This document shows, one piece after another, positions 56,424 to 64,000 of a stretch of 64,000 nt of DNA. The position numbers and the translations under genes were made by a program. The stretch's first letter is position 1, and each line of letters begins with the position of its first letter. Source of the DNA: an uncultured Methanosarcinaceae archaeon (GTDB lineage: Archaea; Halobacteriota; Methanosarcinia; Methanosarcinales; Methanosarcinaceae); contig CAVTET010000006.1 of assembly GCA_963733675.1 (NCBI GenBank), positions 1 to 64,000 of the forward strand. Direction: 5' to 3'. Below the pieces are notes generated by a model. That model was not told the origin of the DNA and made no database searches. It worked only from the letters and a program-made list of their open reading frames with translations.

Positions 56424-56516
56424 TAGAAGACTTTGACAAACCCCTGAATTTCGTCATATGTCCATAAATTGTATATGAATGACTCGCAAAAACCAGAAAT
56501 TTATCAAAATCCTCTA
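56424..56516. repeat. ~90-bp MITE copy (reverse orientation)
   Basis: TA-GAAGACTTTGACAAACCCC...AATTTATCAAAATCCTC-TA. Confidence 0.75.
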
Positions 56517-56627
56517 TAATAATTTTATAGTCTATTAATATACGTCAAGTTTATCTCTTTTAATGCTTTTTTATTATTTTTCTAAGCATACAACTATTTA
56601 AGAAATCGAATCATAATCAATTACATT

Positions 56628-58607
56628 ATGAGTGGGATCAAGCTTGGAGCAGACTCGTTTTCAACATATGAAGAAGGAATAAAGAGAGAATGGATAATAG
56701 GAAATGGGCTTGGAGGATATGCTTCCTCTACAGTTATTGGGGTAGGAACAAGGACTTACCACGGACTACTTGTAGCAGCTCCAGAAAATTTACCGGGAAG
56801 GTTTTTGCTCCTCTCATCCCTTGATGAAGAAGTTTCTTCCAATAAAGAAATTTATCGACTTGCAACTCATAAGTATCAGGATACCATTTTCCCAATGGGC
56901 TTCAATTATCTTTCCAAATTCATTCTTGCCCCATTTCCACTATGGGTTTATCAATCAGACATTTTTACCGTAAAAAAAAAGGTATTTATGATTCATAACA
57001 GTAATACAACCTGTATTCTCTATGATATAAATTCCAGAACAGAGGGAACTGTGCTAAGAATTTTTCCTCTGGTAAACTCCAGAAATTTCCATTACACTAC
57101 TCACTCAGGAGACATCTCCTTTTCCCAGAAGGCTGATTCTACAGGAGTAAAACTAGAAAGCTCTAATGGTTTAACTTTATCGCTATCATCCAATCTTCAG
57201 TATCATCCTGATCCTAAGTGGTACTACAATTTTGTTTATGACACTGAAAAACAAAGAAAATGCAACTTCCTGGAAGATAATTTCAATCCCGGCTATTTTG
57301 AAAGCAAAATCAAAATGGGAACTTCAAGATTTTTTATTGCTGCTTCAACCGGCGATATTTCCTTATTTACTCTCGAAAAAGTTGATGAACTTTATAGTAA
57401 AGAAACACATCGACATAAGCATCTCAATTTTAATTCAAAACTTAATGAAACCTTTGCTCTCAAGCTTCTGAGAGCAACAGACTCTTTTATAATAAAAAAG
57501 ACCTCCTCAGGTGAGAGTACAGTGATTGCGGGATATCACTGGTACTCTGATTGGGGGAGAGATACCATGATTTCTTTGCCTGGCCTACTTTTAATTACTC
57601 ACCGCTTTGATGAAGCCAAGTACATTCTCCAAAACTTTTCCAGACATTGTAGAAAAGGCTTGATCCAGAACGCTTTTCTGACTCTTGGAGGAGAACCAAT
57701 CTACAATACAGTAGATGCTTCTCTCTGGTTTATTCATGCCATTGAACGCTATTTCGCATATACAAAGGATTTTCTGCTTCTAGAAGATCTCTGGAATACC
57801 ATAGATAGTATCATAGATAATTACCTTAACGGCACAGACTTTGGAATTGGCATGGATTCTGATTACCTTATCCGTCAAGGGCCTCAACTAACCTGGATGG
57901 ATGCCAAAATAGGAGAACTAGCAGTAACCCCAAGAGCAGGTAAAACCTGTGAAATCAATGCACTCTGGTATAATGCCCTGAAAACTGCCTCCAATCTGGG
58001 AACTCTTCTCGCCAAAGACATTTCTTCATATGAGGCTCTTGCAGCTGGGGTAGCTTCGAATTTTGAGGATTTATTCTGGAACTTAGAAACTAACTGCCTA
58101 TTTGATTTAGTATATAAGGACGAAGGAGGAAAACAGGTTAAAGATCCTGCTATCCGGCCTAATCAGATCTTTGCTGTAGCGCTTCCTTACACTATGCTTT
58201 CTCCGGATAAAGAAAAAGCTATTGTGGACAGAGTCGAAAAAGATCTTTTGACACCTTTTGGGCTCAGAACTCTTTCGAGTGATCACCCATCTTATGTAGG
58301 ACACTATAACGGAGATGCCATAACTAGAGATACAGCCTACCACAACGGGACCGTCTGGCCTTGGCTCCTAGGCGCCTATGTGAAAGCCTATAGGAAAGTA
58401 CACAATTACTCAAAAAATAGTTTTGAAGATATGCGGACTCTTCTACAGGGATTTGAGATACACCTTGAAATCGCCGGCATCGGTACCATTTCCGAGGTTT
58501 TAGACGGGGACTATCCTTACTCTCCAGGTGGCTGCATTTCCCAAGCCTGGAGCGTTGCAGAGATTTTAAGGGCATATGTAGAGGATGTACTTGGGATCAA
58601 ACCTTGA
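56628..58607 (+). CDS. Glycogen debranching enzyme (amylo-alpha-1,6-glucosidase)
   Basis: REWIIGNGLGGYASS, IAGYHWY.DWGRD, LTWMDAK, RPNQ, YHNGTVWPWL and QAWSVAE. Confidence 0.95.
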   Translation: MSGIKLGADSFSTYEEGIKREWIIGNGLGGYASSTVIGVGTRTYHGLLVAAPENLPGRFLLLSSLDEEVSSNKEIYRLATHKYQDTIFPMGFNYLSKFILAPFPLWVYQSDIFTVKKKVFMIHNSNTTCILYDINSRTEGTVLRIFPLVNSRNFHYTTHSGDISFSQKADSTGVKLESSNGLTLSLSSNLQYHPDPKWYYNFVYDTEKQRKCNFLEDNFNPGYFESKIKMGTSRFFIAASTGDISLFTLEKVDELYSKETHRHKHLNFNSKLNETFALKLLRATDSFIIKKTSSGESTVIAGYHWYSDWGRDTMISLPGLLLITHRFDEAKYILQNFSRHCRKGLIQNAFLTLGGEPIYNTVDASLWFIHAIERYFAYTKDFLLLEDLWNTIDSIIDNYLNGTDFGIGMDSDYLIRQGPQLTWMDAKIGELAVTPRAGKTCEINALWYNALKTASNLGTLLAKDISSYEALAAGVASNFEDLFWNLETNCLFDLVYKDEGGKQVKDPAIRPNQIFAVALPYTMLSPDKEKAIVDRVEKDLLTPFGLRTLSSDHPSYVGHYNGDAITRDTAYHNGTVWPWLLGAYVKAYRKVHNYSKNSFEDMRTLLQGFEIHLEIAGIGTISEVLDGDYPYSPGGCISQAWSVAEILRAYVEDVLGIKP

Positions 58608-59264
58608 AAGCTGAATTCGGAGTAATGCTCCTTATTTTTAAAAATTAAATACTGAGTTTTATGGAAAAAGCAAACACTAATGACTTACTTAAAGTCTCTA
58701 CAATCCCATAAAAAGGTAAATTGACTATAATTTCCCATATGCTGCCAGAGGACCAAAAAATTAAGCAGATCTTTCAAAACAACAAATATTTGATTTTCAT
58801 CCTGTTTTTCAAACCCGCTCTTACATATATTATTGTAAAAAGATTGATTGTTGAGGGGACGAATTCAAAGGAACTAATGAGTGAGCTGAAGGTGAGTTAA
58901 AGTAAGTTACAGAAAGTGAGTTGTGAAAAGAAGCTATAGGAAATAAGGCCTAGTAATCAAGGTCATGTATGCACTTTGTTGACCAAAATTAAAAAAGTAC
59001 TTCTCAAATGTTTGAAAAAAAAGATCTATATTTTTGTGCTCATAGTCTTCAATAACTAATCCGCAAATCCATAATTCAGGAAATTATATACTCGTAATTT
59101 TTTTATTCCGGATTTTAAAGGCAAAGACTATTTAACAGCTTTATTTATATATTGCTCCAATCTCTTATTTATCAGCATATTCTTAATCTTGCTGCTTTAA
59201 AACGAATATAAATACCCTCTAAAGTATTCTAAATTCATCTGTCTTAACCAATATTATAAAGGAG

Positions 59265-60642
59265 ATGGTAGGCATAAAATCAATAGTTCTTGCAGGTGGC
59301 TCAGGAGTGCGACTTTGGCCTCTCAGCAGGGAAAGGCATCCCAAACAATTTTTAAAATTGGGTAAATTTTCTCTTTTCCAGGAGACTGTGCTTCGCTGTC
59401 TTGAAATTTCCGATATATCGGAAATTTTTGTTGTGACCAATGAAGATCAAAAATTTTTCGTTATTGACCAAATTAAAGAAATCGGATATTCGATTCCTTA
59501 TGAAAATATCTTAATAGAACCTGAAAGCAAGAATACACTTCCTGCAATCTTCTTCGGAATGAGAGAAATTGAGAAAAAATTTGGGAATTCCATAGTAGGA
59601 GTCTTTTCTTCAGATCATGTCCTTGACAGATCTGCGATGAAAGTAATTTCTTCAGCTGAAAATCTGACTTCTGATTATCTTGTTACCTTTGGAGTTGTTC
59701 CCGTTTTCCCTCATACGGGATATGGCTATATTAAAACATCAGAGTTTTGTGAACCGGGATATAAGGTTTCAGAATTCAGAGAAAAGCCAGATTTAGAAAC
59801 TGCCAAGAAATATATTAAAGAAGGTTGTCTCTGGAATAGTGGAATGTTCCTTTTCAAGACTGTAGCTTTTCTTTGAAGAAGTTAAAAAACATGCGCCATC
59901 TGTATTCGCCTGTTTTGACAAATATGATAACATTAATGAAATTTATGAAAATGTGGAGAAAATCTCCATTGATTATGGAATAATGGAAAAATCCGATCGA
60001 GTAGTAGTTGTAAAGCTAGACCAAAAATGGAGCGACCTTGGGAATTTTTCGGCAATTTATGATGAGCTCGAGAAAGACTCTGTAGGAAACGTTATCTATG
60101 AATGTGATCCTTTGCTGCTTAATTCTGATGGGAACTTTATATATTCAAAATGCGGTAAGATTGTTTCACTAATCGATATTAAAGACATGATTATCGTCGA
60201 TACCAGTGATGCTCTATTGATTTGTCCCAAATCTAGTTGCGAAAAGGTGAAGGAAATTGTCTCTGAGCTTAAGAACAAGAATGATGAGAGGGCATATATC
60301 GGGCAGACAGTCTACCGGCCCTGGGGTTCTTACACCTTACTAGAAGAAAATCAAGGGCATAAAATAAAGAACATTACTGTACTTCCTGATCAGAAGTTAA
60401 GTCTCCAACTTCATTATCATAGAAATGAGCACTGGGTAATTGTAAAAGGTATGGCTTGGGTTGAAGTTAATAACCAGCAATTTTTCCTGAGACCTGGAGA
60501 AAGTACTTTTATAAAAGCCGGTGAAAAACACAGGTTGTCTAATCCTGGCAAGATATCGCTTGAGATTATTGAGGTGCAGTTCGGAGAATTTTTGGAAGAA
60601 GCGGATATTATTAGGTTTGATGACTTGTATGGGAGGGACTGA
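59265..60642 (+). CDS. manC: Mannose-1-phosphate guanylyltransferase / mannose-6-phosphate isomerase, +1 frameshift at ~59870
   Basis: LAGGSGVRLWPLSR..PKQF, FREKP, WNSGMF / SIDYGIMEK, WSDLG and cupin RPWG...SLQLH..R.EHW. Confidence 0.92.
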
Positions 60643-61340
60643 TGCGAAGCTCATGATCCAGCAACATTAGACTGAAAATGTTTGTTTCGCATATTCTTCA
60701 TAAGGAGAACCCTGTTATGTATATTGCTGGGAAACCAACTATAAGTCATAATTTATGTTGAATAATCGATATTAAACCTGAATAAATTATATTTGTAGGA
60801 GGCCACAAGGAGCAAAGAATATTATACACTAGCATATATTATAAAGAGAAAATAAAATTCAAGTAGTCTTGTGGATAACTAAATAAATTTATTTATTAAT
60901 AACAAAAATTTGTGTAATGACTCAAACAACTACACAAGAAAATTTATTCAAAATTCTATGTATTTAAGCATTAGGAAGCTTTAATCTTTTAATGATAATT
61001 TTAACTCGTGAAAACTTTTACTGATTTGCTCTTCAAGATGAATATTACACTTATCCTGTCTGAAGCAGACCTGAAGCTGAAGTAATCACCATGTTTAAAC
61101 TGATTTTTTTTATAGCAAGGAAAATTACCACAATAGTATGGAATTTTGCTACAAATAACGAGATATACTAAGATGAAATCGGATATCAAAAGGGCGAAAT
61201 TTGGAAAAAAGATTGTTGAGACTGAGACATTCTCAATTGATACACGTATAAAAATAATTGATGGAATAACCGCAATCGTGGACAACTGGAATGGAGAGAG
61301 TACTTTAGGAGCCAGTTTAGTCACTTACTTACATTTTAAA

Positions 61341-62051
61341 TCAGGAGTGAGATATCAATAAAGCTCTTGCAGGCGCGCCGTCACAATCTTCAATTTTCAG
61401 AGGCAAGCACAGGAAGAAATAAATCCCTACCTCCACTAAACTGAACTCTAGGCATTCCACTATGTTTACGTTTCCTGAAAGAAGTATTCTGTGAGCAGGC
61501 AGAATTTTGGAATGAACACTATCTATGGAAAAGTTATCTACTCCAATAGTTTTAAACTTCTTTTCAACAATCCATGATGCTGCACTTTCATCAAGATATG
61601 TGGAACCAAACTTTTTTTCTCCGGAGTCCTTATTTTGATAACTTATATCTTCGGAACCTTTTTGTTTACGGAATGAACTTTTTGTTTTCAGAAGTAGAAT
61701 TGAGATATCTTCAGAAACCCCTGCATTCTGGAAAGCTTTTTCAAGAATATCGGCGGTTAATGAACCTTCCATTGGAGAACAATCGATAATTAACGCCATT
61801 CCCATCAGGCTCTCAAGTTTCAATTTATCAACAGGTATACCATTACTCAGGACATGAGAAGGAGCATCTACATGCGTGCCTGTATGACTCCCAAAACTCA
61901 ACCTAGATACCATACAGCCTTTGTTTTCAAGAGTACAGATACTCTCAATTATAGGTTCTGGGTCTCCTGGGAAAATTTTCATAAAAGGAGAAATTGGGGT
62001 TGAAATGTCTATGACTTTTCTCTTCACCAGAATTTTCTCCACGATAAGCAC
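61341..62051 (-). CDS. Cyclase family (kynurenine formamidase-like) protein
   Basis: FPGDP, HTGTHVDAPSH, IGVD..S.D and DGAPARA. Confidence 0.92.
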   Translation of the reverse strand: MLIVEKILVKRKVIDISTPISPFMKIFPGDPEPIIESICTLENKGCMVSRLSFGSHTGTHVDAPSHVLSNGIPVDKLKLESLMGMALIIDCSPMEGSLTADILEKAFQNAGVSEDISILLLKTKSSFRKQKGSEDISYQNKDSGEKKFGSTYLDESAASWIVEKKFKTIGVDNFSIDSVHSKILPAHRILLSGNVNIVECLEFSLVEVGIYFFLCLPLKIEDCDGAPARALLISHS

Positions 62052-62223
62052 CTTTTTCCATATGGATGATGTATTTGTTCATGCACTCATCATTATATTC
62101 CATGCATGGAGTGAATTTTTTGTCGATTTTTGCAAGCTCTTTTTCCTCATTAATTGCGCTCACAGTACAGATAATCTTGTATTTTCCACACCCTTTACAA
62201 CCAAAAACAGATATACATATCAT
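61945..62223 (-). CDS. Small Cys-containing hypothetical protein overlapping the cyclase start
   Basis: CKGC...C...C spacing suggests metal binding; the ORF is the only evidence. Confidence 0.4.
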   Translation of the reverse strand: MICISVFGCKGCGKYKIICTVSAINEEKELAKIDKKFTPCMEYNDECMNKYIIHMEKGAYRGENSGEEKSHRHFNPNFSFYENFPRRPRTYN

Positions 62224-62568
62224 ATCTTTTCTGACATTAATAAATCTTTGATACCTAATTGATACCTAATTATATGTTTCTGAGATATATGGTTTCTTTA
62301 ATTAAATTTTCCCCATCCAGGTATATATAACCAAAAAAAGCTGATTTTCCACTACCATTTAGTTGATTTTATTCCCGAAATACACTTAGTAGCATTTTGC
62401 GATTTTTTTTGTTCTGCGCTTCAATTATGTTAGTTAGAGAATATCTGCTTCAGTGAATGAAAACGCAAACTTTCGTTACATTGGATATCTAATTATGAGA
62501 ACATCAACCACTTAATAGTAGAAAACCAACAAATCTTATATATAAAAAAAGAATATGGAGACTCAGGT

Positions 62569-63630
62569 ATGGAAAAGCGCAATGAATACGAGACTGGCTC
62601 TTTTAGTAGCTACCTTTCCAAAGGCTGCAGGCTATGCCAGGAGGGGGCGACGATGGTACTCTTTGTAACAGGTCTTTGCCCAAAAAGCTGTTTTTACTGC
62701 CCACTTTCCGACGAAAAACGTGGAAAAGATCTTGTTTTTGCAAACGAGAGACCCATAAAAAGAGACGAAGACATACTTAAGGAAGCTGAGCTCATGGATG
62801 CCCTTGGGACTGGAATTACTGGTGGCGAACCACTTCTGAAAATAGAAAAAGTCCTACACTACATTCGAATTCTGAAATCTTCTTTCGGACAGGATCATCA
62901 TATTCACCTATACACTTCTCTGAGTCCTGACAAACAGATAATTAAAAAACTTGCTGATGCTGGTCTTGATGAAATTCGTTTACATCCACCACAAGCAATC
63001 TGGGGAGATCTAAAACACAGTCCTTATGTGGATAGCTTACAAAATGCAAAAAACTTGGGTATAGAAACTGGAATTGAGGTTCCTTCCATTGAAGGAGCAG
63101 AAAAAGTTGCAGCTTTTGCAGAATACATGGGAGTTTTCCTTAACCTAAATGAATTGGAGTTTTCCGACAATAATTCAAAAGCTCTCCTAAAAAACGGTTT
63201 TTCCCTTGAATCAGACACATCCAACGCAGTTGCAGGTTCCGATAAATATGCTGGGACTACTCTCTTCATATGCAAAAAAGTACATTTTTGTTCTTCAACC
63301 CATAAGGATGCAGTCCAGTTACGTAAAAGGTTTCAGCGAATTGCAAAGAACATAGCACGAAAGTTTGATGAAATCACAGAAGACGGTACTCTAGTATATG
63401 GGATTATTGAATACGTAGATCAAAAACTTACAGAAAAAATTCTTGAGGACATCAAAATTCCATTAGAATTGTTTGAAGTAAAAAAAGGGAGAATAGAAAT
63501 AGCTTGGTGGGTTCTTGAAGAGCTAAAGGAAGAGATTAAAGAAAAATTAAAATCACTTGGGGCCAAGATTCTCATTGTTGAAAGATATCCATTTGAAGAT
63601 GGATTACTTGTAGAAATGACTCCTCTTTAA
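62569..63630 (+). CDS. Radical SAM protein (archaeal, PFL-activating-enzyme-like)
   Basis: CPKSCFYC motif, ITGGEPL, HIHLYT, GLDEIRLHP and NLNELE. Confidence 0.92.
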   Translation: MEKRNEYETGSFSSYLSKGCRLCQEGATMVLFVTGLCPKSCFYCPLSDEKRGKDLVFANERPIKRDEDILKEAELMDALGTGITGGEPLLKIEKVLHYIRILKSSFGQDHHIHLYTSLSPDKQIIKKLADAGLDEIRLHPPQAIWGDLKHSPYVDSLQNAKNLGIETGIEVPSIEGAEKVAAFAEYMGVFLNLNELEFSDNNSKALLKNGFSLESDTSNAVAGSDKYAGTTLFICKKVHFCSSTHKDAVQLRKRFQRIAKNIARKFDEITEDGTLVYGIIEYVDQKLTEKILEDIKIPLELFEVKKGRIEIAWWVLEELKEEIKEKLKSLGAKILIVERYPFEDGLLVEMTPL

Positions 63631-64000
63631 GGATTGCGTACCTGGAAAATTCCGAATTAAATAAACTTGCATGGGTATATATTCGTAGTGACTTTATGAG
63701 GATATCAGTAAACACAAATCTTCAAGGCTTTCCTTCAATCTTTTTTAATGCGCTTGATTTGGGAGCGTGCATAACTTTGTGCAAAATCTGCACTCTATCT
63801 CCTAATATTCTTTTTTGATTGTCGTTCCATAATTATTAATATTTATTTTCTGTTATTTAATCGATTTTTCTGTCCTGCAATTTAATGGTTATAGTCTAAT
63901 TGCTCCAATGCATGAGAATGCAATCATTTCTAATTGGAAACTTAATACTGGAAATATCAACTAGCTAATATGCCACTACTGAATAACGAATATTATATAA

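Noticed and set aside
19191-63275. Many 60-260 aa ORFs antisense to or overlapping housekeeping genes
   Set aside because: They are shadow ORFs of well-supported genes and have no motifs of their own.

Overview
Archaeal chromosomal window, very probably Methanosarcina or another member of the Methanosarcinaceae. This is inferred from the cimA-ilvB-ilvH-ilvC cluster, the HdrA-MvhD fusion with a polyferredoxin, a Cam-type carbonic anhydrase remnant, NAC, Nob1, GfcR and an intron-containing tRNA-Met. About 1-27 kb is an AT-rich, decayed accessory region. It holds the end of a putative mobile element: a family-A DNA polymerase, a wHTH gene and three copies of a terminase-small-subunit-like gene with a conserved ~280-bp leader. 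It also holds a pentapeptide-repeat gene, many pseudogenes (sulP, STAS-like, TIR-like, cam, prsW, DUF1269 x2, clc), nfeD-slipin, galU and IS1634/IS110/IS6 elements. About 27-48 kb and 54-64 kb are mostly housekeeping genes, and 49-53 kb is another decayed patch beside tRNA-Met. Two MITE families are present: a 150-bp one with IS6 ends and a ~90-bp TA-flanked one. There are three near-identical inverted duplications and probable non-canonical start codons in cimA and a DUF2551 gene. No CRISPR array or rRNA was seen. All calls are from reading the sequence by eye, with no database searches.
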